Assembly (NCBI GenBank): GCA_002269645.1
Contig: NIVC01001995.1
Location: 1 to 64,000 of the forward strand
Direction of reading: 5' to 3'
DNA length: 64,000 nucleotides
From: Macrostomum lignano
Lineage: Eukaryota
The translations under genes and the position numbers were made by a program. This document shows positions 25,471 to 38,949 of this stretch, in pieces. How positions within the stretch are numbered: position 1 is the stretch's first letter; each line of letters opens with the position of its first letter. Under the pieces are notes generated by a model. That model saw only the letters and a list, made by a program, of their open reading frames with translations. It made no database searches and was not told where the DNA came from.

Positions 25471-25964
25471 GGAGAATCTGTCTGACACAGGATAATGCTA
25501 AACTGACAGGAACCTCTCTATCTGACACAGGATACTGACGCAGACGGTTTCACCTCAGGCAACATAAATTACAACACCTAAAAGGCGCAGGCAGCTGTTG
25601 CAGAATGTGCAGGGATTTTCGCCCGGGGCGGATTTCGTATGGCGACTGCGCAATCAGAGGACAATTTTTCAATTTGGTCGCGCGTTTTAAAAGTTGACCT
25701 TTCTGTTTAGTTGGATACTGTTAGTCGTGAACGTTTTCCCGTCTAGGTCCTGAGGTTGTTTTAGTGGGATTTGGAAAATCATTATAGGGAAATGCGCAGG
25801 ACTGGTCTACGCTCGTAATTGAATAGTTTAGAAGCTGAATTTAGATAAATGTTTTAAGGACCCCTCCGCGACAGTTACAAGGCTTAAATTTTTCTACTTC
25901 TAAGTACATGTAGGATTCCCTACCTGTGGACATGTAGTCTGGGAGCGGATTACATGTAGTCTGG

Positions 25965-26685
25965 GAGTAGAGTTCAAGAGTAGACAAGTGGGAGTAGAGT
26001 TTGGGGTAGACAAGTGGGAGTAGAGTTTGGGGTAGATAAGTGGGAGTAGAGCTTGGGTAGACAAGTACATGTAGAAGTAGAGTTTGGGGTAGACAAGTGG
26101 GAATAGAGTTTAAGGTAGACAAGTGGGAGTAGAGTTTGGGGTAGACAGTGGAAGTAGAGTTTGGGGTAGACAAGTACATGTAGAAGTAGAGTTTGGAGTA
26201 GACAAGTGGGAGTAGAGCTTGGGTAGACAAGTACATGTAGAAGTAGAGTTTGGGGTAGACAAGTGGGAATAGAGTTTAAGGTAGACAAGTGGGAGTAGAG
26301 TTTGGGGTAGACAGTGGAAGTAGAGTTTGGGGTAGACAAGTACATGTAGAAGTAGAGTTTGGAGTAGACAAGTGGGAGTAGAGCTTGGGTAGACAAGTAC
26401 ATGTAGAAGTAGAGTTTGGGGTAGACAAGTGGGAATAGAGTTTGGGGTAGACAAGTGGGAGTAGAGTTTGGGGTAGACAAGTGGGAGTAGAGTTTGGGGT
26501 AGACAAGTACATGTAGAAGTAGAGTTTGGGGTAGACAAGTGGGAGTAGAGCTTGGGTAGACAAGTACATGTAGAAGTAGAGTTTGGGGTAGACAAGTGGG
26601 AATAGAGTTTGGGGTAGACAAGTGGGAGTAGAGTTTAGGGTAGACAAGTGGGAGTAGAGCTTGGGTAGACAAGTGGGTGTAGAGT
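25965..26685. repeat. ~26-33-nt G-rich minisatellite GTAGACAAGTGGGAGTAGAGTTTGGG(G) with a ~166-bp higher-order unit
   Basis: Variant TTTAAGGTAG recurs at 26111 and 26277; TACATGTA-bearing variants interspersed. Confidence 0.9.
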
Positions 26686-27349
26686 TGGTTGGGCAGGTGA
26701 GAAAAATACAGAATAGTTATAAAGATCTATATCGTTTCTGTTCCATATATTCGATCTTTTAAAAGTGTTCTAACATGCACAGAGTGAAAGTCATTAATGG
26801 AAGCATAATTGAAGTTCAAGTTGACTCACTTAGCTTCAAGCCAAGATAGTCAGCTGCAGTACTTTATTTACATCTCCAGGTAGATTGCAGGCGCAACTGA
26901 TTTAACAATACTTCATTAAGATACTACTGGTATACTGTAATACAAAAACAGGAAGTATACAGCTCTTTAAGGGGCAGGGAGAAATGGGACCAATTCTCGG
27001 TAAGAACAATTTAAGATCGGGGAAACAGGGGTTGGATTATAAAGTGTAGGAAAGGATTCAAGTGAACCTCTCCGCATTCTGGGCCGCCCAGTTCGACTTC
27101 AAACTGGATCCGGGACAGCGCGCGGAAAAAATGGGCTCGAGTTTCGCGAGTTTGAGTGTGAGCACACTGGGGCCAGTGCTCTAAGACTCGATACAGATGG
27201 CTCAGTGTAATTCTTATTACTACTAAGTTATTCCATGCTTTGACAGTATAATTTGACGAATGAGTGGAAAGGAACCTGTCTAAGGATTGAGCAGATTATT
27301 GATGCACTTTGGTGATTGCTTGGTGTGATAAGTGAGCAAATTGGGAGTG

Positions 27350-28800
27350 GCGGTGTTGGGAGCCTGATTGCAGTGTTGGGAGCCTAATTACAGTGTTGGG
27401 AGCCTTACTTACAGGGTTGTGAGCCTAATTACAGTGTCAGAAGCCTAATTACAGGGTTGGGAGCCTGATTACACGGTGTTGGGAGCCTAATAACACGATG
27501 TTGGGAGCCAGATTACACGGTGTTGGGAGCCTAATAACACGGTGTTGGGAGCCAGATTACACGGTGTTGGGAGCCTAATAACACGGTGTTGGGAGCCAGA
27601 TTACACGGTGTTGGGAGCCAGATTGCACGATGTTGGGAGCCAGATTGCACGGTGTTGGGAGCCTAATAACACGGTGTTGGGAGCCAGATTACACGGTGTT
27701 GGGAGCCAGATTGCACGATGTTGGGAGCCAGATTGCACGGTGTTGGGAGCCTAATAACACGATGTTGGGAGCCAGATTACACGGTGTTGGGAGCCTAATA
27801 ACACGGTGTTGGGAGCCAGATTACACGGTGTTGGGAGCCAGATTACACGGTGTTGGGAGCCTAATAACACGGTGTTGGGAGCCAGATTACACGGTGTTGG
27901 GAGCCAGATTGCACGATGTTGGGAGCCAGATTGCACGGTGTTGGGAGCCTAATAACACGGTGTTGGGAGCCAGATTACACGGTGTTGGGAGCCAGATTGC
28001 ACGATGTTGGGAGCCAGATTGCACGGTGTTGGGAGCCTAATAACACGGTGTTGGGAGCCAGATTACACGGTGTTGGGAGCCAGATTACACGGTGTTGGGA
28101 GCCTAATAACACGGTGTTGGGAGCCAGATTACACGGTGTTGGGAGCCAGATTGCACGATGTTGGGAGCCAGATTGCACGGTGTTGGGAGCCTAATAACAC
28201 GGTGTTGGGAGCCAGATTACACGGTGTTGGGAGCCAGATTGCACGATGTTGGGAGCCAGATTGCACGGTGTTGGGAGCCTAATAACACGGTGTTGGGAGC
28301 CAGATTACACGGTGTTGGGAGCCAGATTGCACGGTGTTGGGAGCCAGATTGCACGCTGTTGGGAGCCTTATTGCACGGTGTTGGGAGCCAGATTACACGG
28401 TGTTGCGAGCCAGATTGCACGGTGTTGGGAGCCTAATAACACGGTGTTGGGAGCCAGATTACACGGTGTTGGGACCCAGATTGCACGGTGTTGGGAGCCA
28501 GATTGCACGGTGTTGGGAGCCAGATTGCACGCTGTTGGGAGCCTTATTGCACGGTGTTGGGAGCCAGATTACACGGTGTTGGGAGCCAGATTGCACGGTG
28601 TTGGGAGCCTAATAACACGGTGTTGGGAGCCAGATTACACGGTGTTGGGACCCAGATTGCACGATGTTGGGAGCCAGATTGCACGATGTTGGGAGCCTAA
28701 TAACACGGTGTTGGGAGCCAGATTACACGGTGTTGGGACCCAGATTGCACGATGTTGGGAGCCAGATTGCACGATGTTGGGAGCCAGATTGCACGGTGTC
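27350..28800. repeat. 22-nt minisatellite ACACGGTGTTGGGAGCCAGATT with variants
   Basis: About 65 tandem copies. Confidence 0.95.
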
Positions 28801-29091
28801 GGGAACTTGGTTTTTCGGGTCGAGAGCCGAGATTTCCACCGCAGGCACCGCAGTCCCAAATTGTTTAGGTTTTCGAATTCAAACGATCTGTGCAATACCG
28901 GTGAATGCCCAAGTTTACCAGATGAGAACCGACTAAAACACCCAAGGTGCTGATTGTTGCTGTCTCTGAGTTTTGTCTCTGAGCAGAGGGTGGCAAGTGT
29001 CTGTTTGGAATGCAGTAAAGCTGAATCGTTTTGTCATATTGTTGGTTAATTCCGCGGATGCAAACATGTGCTATTATTATTTTTTGCGTAT

Positions 29092-30132
29092 TTAAACTTC
29101 GTTTGGAAAGGGCGGGGTGTACTTTAACGGAGGCTGCGGGTCGAAGCTCAGCTGCCTCCGAGATCGGAGCTCCTCCTGCTGCTGCTGCTGCTGCTGCTGC
29201 TTCTCCTTGTAGCGCTTCGGAGGCAACGGCGGCGGCACGCGGCCGCTGTGACCGGGCAGCCGCACCACCAGACCGCCTGCCGTCTCCCCGTTCGGAACCG
29301 GAGTGTCAGTCGCCGGTCCTCCTTGTCCAGCCGAGAGTGAGCAGAGGTCGGTCTCAGCCAGGCCGGTAGCGCCGGGCGAGTCCAGGCTGAGCAGCAGCGG
29401 CTCCTGGTGCTGCCGGCGATGCTGCGCCTGCGGCAGCTCGCTGATCTTGAAGTCCTCCGTGCCGTCGTCCGTGTCGCAGCAGACGCGAGCGATGCAGCAG
29501 GCCAGCAGGACCAGCACGATGGCGCCGACGCCGCAGGCAATGAGGATGCCCTCGGTGGTGCGCAGGAAGGAGGCGAAGCTGGCGCCGAAGGAGACGCACT
29601 GGCAGCGCTCGCGCTCGCTGCTCGGCCCCGCGCACTGCTTGCCGTTGTTCCTGGGCCTCGGGCAGCTGCACAGGCGCCGCTTCTGGATGTATACCTCCGT
29701 CTCGTTCTTGGCCGCGTGCCGGCAGTAATAGTCGCAGCTGCTGTACACGATCCAGTAGCACCACTGCCCGTCCAGCGGCGGGCAGCTGTCGTTCGGGCAC
29801 TGGTCGTCCGCGCCGCGCACCGGCTCCGGCTCCGGGTGGTCCGGGTGGTCGTTCATGCGGAACGCCGTCGGCTGCCGGTAGTCGAACTCCAGCTGGCCTC
29901 CGCCGTCGCCGCCTTCGCAGCGGCGCCGTCGAGACCGGGTGGCCTGCGAGCAGTAGGTGACGAAGCGGCTCTCCTGCCGGTCCTGCACGATCACGCCGAC
30001 GGTCTTGTTCTGCCAGTGGCAGCTCTGCTCGGGCATCGGCTGCCACCGGGTCCACTCGCAGGCCCTGGGGATGCCGGAGGCCGCCGCTGCCGCTGCCGCC
30101 ACGGCCAGCGCCAGACCCACCAACTGCAGCAT
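29092..30132 (-). CDS. Uncharacterised type-I membrane protein with two thrombospondin type-1 (TSP1)-like repeats, intronless, 346 aa
   Basis: Signal peptide MLQLVGLALAVAAAAAAASG; CEWTRW...TRSRRRRC; DGQWCYWIVYSSC...QKRRLCSCPRPRNNGKQCAGPSSERERC; hydrophobic TM GILIACGVGAIVLVLLACCIA; cytoplasmic PPPLPPKR. Strong GC3 bias. Confidence 0.8.
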   Translation of the reverse strand: MLQLVGLALAVAAAAAAASGIPRACEWTRWQPMPEQSCHWQNKTVGVIVQDRQESRFVTYCSQATRSRRRRCEGGDGGGQLEFDYRQPTAFRMNDHPDHPEPEPVRGADDQCPNDSCPPLDGQWCYWIVYSSCDYYCRHAAKNETEVYIQKRRLCSCPRPRNNGKQCAGPSSERERCQCVSFGASFASFLRTTEGILIACGVGAIVLVLLACCIARVCCDTDDGTEDFKISELPQAQHRRQHQEPLLLSLDSPGATGLAETDLCSLSAGQGGPATDTPVPNGETAGGLVVRLPGHSGRVPPPLPPKRYKEKQQQQQQQQEELRSRRQLSFDPQPPLKYTPPFPNEV

Positions 30133-31382
30133 TTGAACTTTTTAACCGAAATTCAAACCCGGACGAGACCGAGCTTGGAGTTCTCAGAGGATGAAGAAAT
30201 CAAATATATTTATTATTTTATTTCTCGTGAAGCTACTGGAAGTTTCCCTGTACTTGGATTGCTTCAAGATAGCGGAAACGCTCTCTCTCCTAGCCGGCTC
30301 ACGCGGTGGCTGTCTGCGACTTTGCCCGCGACTGTTTTCGCTCTGCTGCCACCACCCGTGAGAGCCTATGGCTGCCAGGCCGGCGCAGCGGGGGGCAGAG
30401 AGGGAATTAAAGTTGAAACTGTCGTCCCGTCCCACCGGCGGGTTCGGGCGCCCCTCCTCTCCTCCCCTCACCCACCCGTCATGCAGTTCGTGGAGCCGGA
30501 GGACTTTATCGGGCCGGAGTCCCCCCGAGAGGCCAAATAAGTTTTCTATGAGCGCCACTCTCGGTCTGGGTTCGCCTGTTGGAGCTGCGTCACCTTTTCA
30601 ACTGTCACTAATATGGATCCAGGCATGGGGCCCTGTGAAATACTCGTAATAACTTTCCTGCTGTAGTTTCATAATCTTGCTCAACTCTGCTTTTCCTGTG
30701 TCTCCCAGCGGTAATCCGCTACCCTCCCCTGTGTCTCTTAGCGGATATTCGGTACCAGGGGCTTTAGTGCCAGCACCAGGGGCGCCAGCACCAGGGGCGC
30801 CAGCACCAGGGGCGCCTGCACGTGGCCCACATAGCCATGAGTGTTATTCAGCAGGCATCATCAGCCAACCTGCCTTTGTGACTTTCATTCCGAATAAAAA
30901 ATGATAAAAGTCGCCAATCGAAGCGGACAAAAGCAAAGTCAACACCCACCACAGGCTTAGGATCGGATGAATTGAAATGCCTCCAGCTCCAGACGGGGAG
31001 TTGAGAGGGCAGCACTGGGGAATCTCTTGACATTTTCTCCGCTTCACCTCCTGACTGCCCAACCCCTCCTCTCTCGGCGAAGCCGCAGCTGCTGTCACTC
31101 GTCTGAAAGAAGCCACAGCATCTTCTGCTTGGCTTCAATGCCAAAAATTCGCCCAAATGTCACGCCAGCAGCCAGGCGGATCTTTCCTTCTCAGCCAAGC
31201 TTTTTTGTTTAAGCGTTTTTTTGCTCCACGCAGCTGACAAAGGATGGAGTGGAGAAGCTGCGCGCTGAACTGCTGTCGAACACGAGTACTTTTCTTCAGT
31301 TAAATGAACTTTGTTTTTTTGTGAATTTTAACTCCGCGATTTCTAACTGATGTGCAATTTTTTGCAGCCTTAAACCTGGGAC

Positions 31383-31708
31383 TATGGCGCCCCTTTCCTA
31401 TTCGATGGCGCCCCTTTCCTATTCGATGGCGCCCCTTTCCTTTCCGATGGCGCCCCTTTCCTATCCGATGGCGCCCCTTTCCTATCCGATGGCGCCCCTT
31501 TCCTATCCGATGGCGCCCCTTTCCTATCCGATGGCGCCCCTCCCCTATCCGATGGCGCCCCTTTCCTATCCGATGGCGCCCCTTTCCTATCCGATGGCGC
31601 CCCTCCCCTATCCGATGGCGCCCCTTTCCTATCCGATGGCGCCCCTCCCCTATCCGATGGCGCTCCTCCTCTATCCGAGGGCGCCCCTCCTCTATCCGAT
31701 GGCGCTCC
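31383..31708. repeat. 21-nt minisatellite TATCCGATGGCGCCCCTTTCC
   Basis: About 15 tandem copies. Confidence 0.95.
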
Positions 31709-32624
31709 TTATCAGAGCCAACGCGACCAGTGTAAAAAAGCAGCAAGCCAGTCTTCCCAGCGCAATTACAGTCACAACAAGTAGCTCAGACTATTTATTT
31801 CTCTGTTTTAGTAAAGAAATATTAATCATAGCATTTGCCGGCAGCAGAAGCCGCCAATAAAAAATAGCTGCACGCAGTAGCGCAGAGCTGGTGAGCAATG
31901 GCAGGGTGAATGAGACAGTCAGCCGAACCGACAGTGCGCCAGCACCAGTTTTTCCCCAATAGCTGCTCAAATGCTTAGAGAAGGAGCTGCTCCCGCAGTA
32001 TTCTTACAGCCATTCGTTCCCCCTTCCCCCAAGGCTGTGGGGGGTTTTTGCGGACCGAAAAGTCAAAACTGCACCCAACCGCTTTTTGTTCTTCTGCACA
32101 AGGAGACCCGGGAGCAGCAACTCTTCCCAGAACTCCCTGCTAGTTGGCACTCCAGGTCCCAGCTCTGGGTCTCCTTGTCTTATCTGCCCTCCCCTTTGCA
32201 AGCTTACTGCAGTTCTGCTGCTGTCAGAGTGGATATTGTGGGATATTGTGCGTGTGCATGCGGCTGTTGGGACACGGCTGACTAAATAACTTTCGGCAGG
32301 GACGCCAGCGGCAGCCTGAATAGAATTGTAGCGCGCTAAGTCGCGCACGGTTCCGCCCGTCGAGAGCCGCTGTCTGTCTTTTGTTCTGTTTCCAGCGTGT
32401 TGCTAACCGGCTTATGCTGTGAGAGAAGTGACCCCCTCCCCCCGGTGGAGGGGAGCGGGATCTGATTTGATCGGAGCAGCGTTGGTTGCCAAGTGCTTAG
32501 GGAAAACTGTTGAAATACCTCAGTAAATTGTTTGGCCAGATTATTAAAGAATATTTTTCTAACTTAATTTCACCTTTAAGGGTTTCTCCATCTCGCTATT
32601 CTGTCTGATCTTTCTAGCTCGTCC

Positions 32625-33912
32625 CTACCTCTCGCCCCTACCTTCTCACAACTCCCTCTCCCTAGTCTCCCCCTCTACCCTCTCCCTAGTCTCCCCCTCT
32701 ACCTTCTCCCTAGTCTCCCCCTCTACCCTCTCCCTAGTCTCCCCCTCTACCTTCTCCCTAGTCTCCCCCTCTACCTTCTCCCTAGTCTCCCCCTCTACCC
32801 TCTCCCTAGTCTCCCCCTCTACCTTCTCCCTAGTCTCCCCTCTACCTTCTCCCTAGTCTCCCCCTCTACCCTCTCCCTAGTCTCCCCCTCTACCTTCTCC
32901 CTAGTCTCCCCCTCTACCCTCTCCCTAGTCTCCCCCTCTACCTTCTCCCTAGTCTCCCCCTCTACCCTCTCCCTAGTCTCCCCCTCTACCTTCTTCCTAG
33001 TCTCCCCTCTACCCTCTCCCTAGTCTCCCCCTCTACCTTCTCCCTAGTCTCCCCCTCTACCCTCTCCCTAGTCTCCCCCTCTACCTTCTCCCTAGTCTCC
33101 CCCTCTACCTTCTCCCTAGTCTCCATCTAACCTCTCCCTAGTCTCCCCCTCTACCCTCTCCCTAGTCTCCCCCTCTACCCTCTCCCTAGTCTCCCCCTCT
33201 AATCCTCTCCCTAGTCTCCCTCTCTACCCTCTCCCTAGTCTCCCCCTCTACCTGGTCTCCTCCTCTACCCTCTCCCTAGTCTCCCCCTATACCTTCTCCC
33301 TAGTCTCCCCCTCTACCTTCTCCCTAGTCTCCATCTACCCTCTCCCTAGTCTCCCCCTCTACCCTCTCCCTAGTCTCCCCCTCTACCCTCTCCCTAGTCT
33401 CCCCCTCTACCTGGTCTCCTCCTCTACCCTCTCCCTAATCTCCCCCTATACCTTCTCCCTAGTTTCCCCCTCTACCTTCTCCCTAGTCTCCATCTACCCT
33501 CTCCCTAGTCTCCCCCTCTACCCTCTCCCTAGTCTCCCCCTCTACCCTCTCCCTAGTCTCCCCCTCTATCCTCTCCCTAGTCTCCCTCTCTACCCTCTCC
33601 CTAGTCCCCCCTGTACCTGGTCTCTCCTCTACCCTCTCCCTAGTCTCCCCCTCTACTCTCTCCCTAGTCTCCCCCTCTACCCTCTCCCTAGTCTCCCTCT
33701 CTACCCTCTCCCTAGTCTCCCCTTCTACCTGGTCTCCTCCTCTACCCTCTCCCTAGTCTCCCCCGCTACCCTCTCCCTAGTCTCCCCCTCTACCCTCTCC
33801 CTAGTCTCCCCCTCTACCCTCTCCCTAGTCTCCCCCTCTACCCTCTCCCTAGTCTCCCCCTCTACCCTCTCCCTAGTCTCCCCCTCTACCCTCTCCCTAG
33901 TCCCCCCCCTAC
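32625..33912. repeat. 24-nt C-rich minisatellite CTCCCTAGTCTCCCCCTCTACCCT
   Basis: About 54 tandem copies. Confidence 0.95.
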
Positions 33913-34486
33913 CTGCCTCCTACCAATGTCTCACCTCTTAACAAAGCAATAAATTCTACAGCACAAGCCAGCAGACTCCAGACAGCAAAATCTCTCTGTA
34001 ACAAATTAGGCAGGAACACTACTAGTACAAATGAACACCGATGACATCCCGGCCTATGCGTACCAAATAACCTGCACTCAACCCGAAGTTTTCCCTTTGT
34101 GAAGCCCAAATTACGTGCAGACCCGGCCTCGCAGGACAAATTCGAGAATTCCGACAACTCGTCGGGGGTGGGCTCGACTCTGAGCCGGACAGCCAAGCCC
34201 GGCCGCGCGGACTCGAGAATCATAAATAAAATATGCAAATTAGTCCGAGCAGCAACAGCCTCGCGCTCCCCTGAGAGAAGGGGAGAGGAAGCGGCGGGAG
34301 ACCGATTGAGTCGGCAATCGCTTTTGTTATTGTTCGCCCCTCATCTCCCGCCAGCTGCCCCTGACCCGCCTCTCATATTGCGACTCGTTCTCGGTTAGCT
34401 TTCACTTAGTAGCTGCTTCTCCCTGCCTGCGTGTTCAGCGATGCGGTGCCCTGCCTTCGGCATCTGGTAGTGCGTAGAGAAAAGTC

Positions 34487-34727
34487 AGAGTCAGACAGGT
34501 GGGGTGAGAGTCAGATAGACAGGGATGAGGGTGACAGATAGGGGTGAGAGTCAGACAAGTAAGGATGAGAGTCGGGCAGATAGGGATGAGAGTCAGACAG
34601 ATAGGGATGAGAGTCAGATAGAGAGGGATGAGAGTCAGATAGAGAGGGATGAGAGTCAGACAGATAGGGATGAGAGTCAGATAGAGAGGGATGAGAGTCA
34701 GATAGAGAGGGATGAGAGTCAGATAAA
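34487..34727. repeat. 21-nt purine-rich minisatellite GGGATGAGAGTCAGATAGAGA
   Basis: About 11 copies. Confidence 0.9.
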
Positions 34728-35340
34728 GGCAATATAAAGACTTTTCAGACTCTTCAGCAAAGTCTCAGACGGCAACAGCCCAGCAGCTGACGGTCGAACT
34801 AATGCGAATTAGTGATGTTCAGAGAAACTGCAGTGTATTTCTTGTTACGCCATAAAAATAACTGGACGTATAATTTTCAAAATAGAAAAAAATCACAGCG
34901 GAATGAAGGCACTGGAGAAGCTGGTGAACAGTAATTACAGGGTTAAATACTCGAAGGATAAAATTCGGATTATACAAAAGCCTGGCACTACTAAATGAGA
35001 ACAGCGGCTATTTCTACTCGTAATAACAAATCTTCGCAGTAGTGTGCAAAGCGGCCCTTTGGCTTTCTAATCGCAGATGGGTCGCGTCATCAATGCTAGC
35101 AGCCAGGCTGTTACAAAGAAATTTCGCTAATATCAATAAAACCGTAAAGCATACGGATCAGAACGCTAAGAAACTATTAAGCAAAGCGCAAAGGGTTATA
35201 CGAGTTATTCGTAAAAAAAAGCAAGCGGCAGAAGACAACGATTTGAAAAAGCAAAAAATAAGCTTTGAAAGAGATTTAACAACAGAGCTACAAAGCGGAG
35301 TCGCGAGTGTACATTAACAAAGCACACCAGAGCCCAGCGC

Positions 35341-38300
35341 CTACCCGTGCAGCACCTGGCTGTTGATCCCGTAGATCACGTGACGTCGACCTTCGCGAAC
35401 GGCGTCGCGCAGGTCGTCAGGCCGGCCTGGAAACTCCGAATGGAACTGGCGTCTCAGCTGCGTGCGGTCGTAGCCTCTCTGCAAGTCGTGCAGCTCGGTC
35501 CTGTAGGGCGTCGTTGGCAACGGTTGCCATGGCGACGAAGCCTGCTGCTGCTTAGAGTCGCGCAGCTGCTCCTGGTCCAGGTAGACTGGCTCGGATCCGT
35601 AACCATAGGCAACCATCACATCCGTGTCGAAGTTGACACCTTTGGAAGACTTTGCTTGCTGCTGTGGCTGCTGCTTCTGGGCAGCCGGTGCAGCAGCAGA
35701 AGAAGCGCCGTGAAGTTCGTAGAGCCGCGGTCTGCCGGGCAGGTAGCCAACGGCGGGCCCGGGCAGGCCGAGGGTGTTCATCAGACCTGCGCCGTCGCTG
35801 AAGCTCCAGGACGCGGAGGCGGCGGGCTCGTACTTCCTGCGCAGCCAGGCGATGTCGGACCGGGCGTCCGTGTCGGCGATGGCAACTGGCTGAGGGCTGC
35901 GCCGACTGTCAGACTCCACACGGCGTCTGCCAATCGTTGGTGTGAGGCGAAGCTGATCACTCACTCACTGATAATTCACTCACTGTGCTTGATCAATCAC
36001 TCACTGATCATTCACTCACTGATAACTCACTCACTGATCACTCACTCACTGATCATTCACTCACTGATCATTCACTCACTGATCATTCACTCACTGTGCT
36101 TGATCATTCACTCACTGTGCTTGATCATTCACTCACTGTGCTTGATCATTCACTGTGCTTGATCACTCACTCACTCACTGATCATTCACTCACTGTGCTT
36201 GATCACTCACTCACTGTGCTTGATCACTCACTGAGCTTGATCATTCACTCACTGTGCTTGATCATTCACTCACTGTGCTTGATCACTCACTGTGCTTGAT
36301 CATTCACTCACTGTGCTTGATCATTCACTCACTGTGCTTGATCACTCACTGTGCTTGATCACTCACTGAGCTTGATCATTCACTCACTGTGCTTGATCAT
36401 TCACTCACTGTGCTTGATCATTCACTCACTGTGCTTGATCATTCACTCACTGTGCTTGATCATTCACTCACTGTGCTTGATCATTCACTCACTGTGCTTG
36501 ATCAGCACACTCACTGTGCTTGATCAGCACACTCACTGTGCTTGATCATTCACTCACTGTGCTTGATCATTCACTGTGCTTGATCACTCACTGTGCTTGA
36601 TCATTCACTCACTGTGCTTGATCATTCACTCACTGTGCTTGATCATTCACTAACTGTGCTTGATCATTCACTCACTGTGCTTGATCACTCACTCACTGTG
36701 CTTGATCAGCACACTCACTGTGCTTGATCATTCACTCACTGTGCTTGATCATTCACTCACTGTGCTTGATCAGCACACTCACTGTGCTTGATCACTCACT
36801 CACTGTGCTTGATCACTCACTCACTGTGCTTGATCAGCACACACAAATCAGTAACAATGGCCAGGCGGGAACCAAAGCACAGCCAACCCGCCCTTTGCTG
36901 CCGATCTAAAACGCATCTGTAATCAACTTAGAGCCGCTCGGGAGCGACGCCCGGGTCGGCAGGGTCGCGCAGATCCCCCTGGGGGCCGGCCGGCTTGGAC
37001 AGGGGGGGGGGGCTTAAAGAAGAGAAGACAGAAGACAGACAGAGAGGGGGGAGAAAGTCGGTCCCGAACCCACAGCCATCAGACGCGACCCCTTATAAGC
37101 CCGCCCGGCAGTGAGTGAAAATTGAATTGCAAAAAAGCCAAATGAACACACAGTGGCTTCCGCGTATGCAGAAAGGCAGGAAACACGCTGACAGACACGG
37201 GACGCGCGCGCAATACTTGTATCGAAATTCGAAACACTTGGAAAGAACACCGAATGCCCGGTGCCTTGGCGACAAAAGTTCACATTTAAATTGATTTTTT
37301 AAAACACAATCAGCTTGTGCAGTTACTTTGCAGCTTTTTTAGTCACTCAGACGTTCATATCTCGGCTCTCATCTTCATATCTCGGCTCTCATCTTCATAT
37401 CTCGGTTCTCATCTTCATATCTCGGCTCTCATCTTCATATCTCGGTTCCCATCTTCATTTCTCGGTTCTCATCTTCATATCTCGGTTCTCATCTTCATAT
37501 CTCGGTTCTTATCTTCATATCTCGGCTCTCATCTTCATATCTCGGTTCCCATCTTCATTTCTCGGTTCTCATCTTCATATCTCGGTTCTCATCTTCATAT
37601 CTCGGTTCTTATCTTCATATCTAGGTTCCCATCTTCATATCTAGGTTCCCATCTTCATTTCTCGGTCTCATCTTCATTTCTCGGTTCTCATCTTCATATC
37701 TCGGTTCTCATCTTCATATCTAGGTTCCCATCTTCATATCTAGGTTCCCATCTTCATTTCTCGGTTCTCATCTTCATTTCTCGGTTCTCATCTTCATATC
37801 TCGGTTCTCATCTTCATATCTAGGTTCCCATCTTCATATCTAGGTTCCCATCTTCATTTCTCGGTCTCATCTTCATTTCTCGGTTCTCATCTTCATATCT
37901 AGGTTCCCATCTTCATATCTAGGTTCCCATCTTCATTTCTCGGTTCTCATCTTCATTTCTCGGTTCTCATCTTCATATCTCGGTTCTCATCTTCATATCT
38001 AGGTTCCCATCTTCATATCTAGGTTCCCATCTTCATTTCTCGGTTCTCATCTTCATTTCTCGGTTCTCATCTTCATATCTCACTAAACGCACTCTATTTA
38101 TAGTACAATTTCACTATCCATACATTATACCCCCCAAAGACCCTCAATTCCAGTTCGGCTGTCTCACCTGCTGTAGTCCCGGTAGCGGCTCTCCAACTCG
38201 CTGCCCCAGGCCTGCCCCCACCATAGCCGCCGTCCTTGGCGTCAGCTCCGTCCCTCTCAGCAGGCCGCTGGCCATCGGCTGACTCATCAGCGACAGGCGA

Positions 38301-38373
38301 TTCCGGCCTGGAGATGAAGGGGATTCGGGATGGATGGCAATGATGCTGCAGGATTTGGCGATGGGGCACGGCG

Positions 38374-38470
<97 letters not shown>

Positions 38471-38504
38471 GCAGACAGACAGGCAGACAGACAGACAGAC
38501 AGGC

Positions 38505-38541
<37 letters not shown>

Positions 38542-38579
38542 GGCAGATAGGCAGACAGACAGACAGACAGGCAGATAGG

Positions 38580-38629
<50 letters not shown>

Positions 38630-38668
38630 GGCAGACAGACAGACAGGCAGACAGACAGACAGACAGGC

Positions 38669-38727
<59 letters not shown>

Positions 38728-38767
38728 TAGACAGGCAGACAGACAGGCAGAGAGACAGACAGACAGG

Positions 38768-38801
<34 letters not shown>

Positions 38802-38808
38802 AACAGGC

Positions 38809-38874
<66 letters not shown>

Positions 38875-38896
38875 GCAGACAGACAGACAGACAGGC

Positions 38897-38949
<53 letters not shown>

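Noticed and set aside
27200-27300. Possible CR1/L2 3' fragment on the minus strand (YTVKAWNNL)
   Set aside because: A single short motif with no supporting RT sequence.
29407-30540. 377-aa plus-strand ORF, and other antisense ORFs over SFI1, MRPS28, SPMIP4 and RIMS
   Set aside because: Shadow ORFs of GC3-rich exons on the opposite strand.
35042-35317. Lys-rich 91-aa plus-strand ORF converging on SPMIP4
   Set aside because: Best explained as the antisense of a U-rich 3' UTR; no linked exons found.
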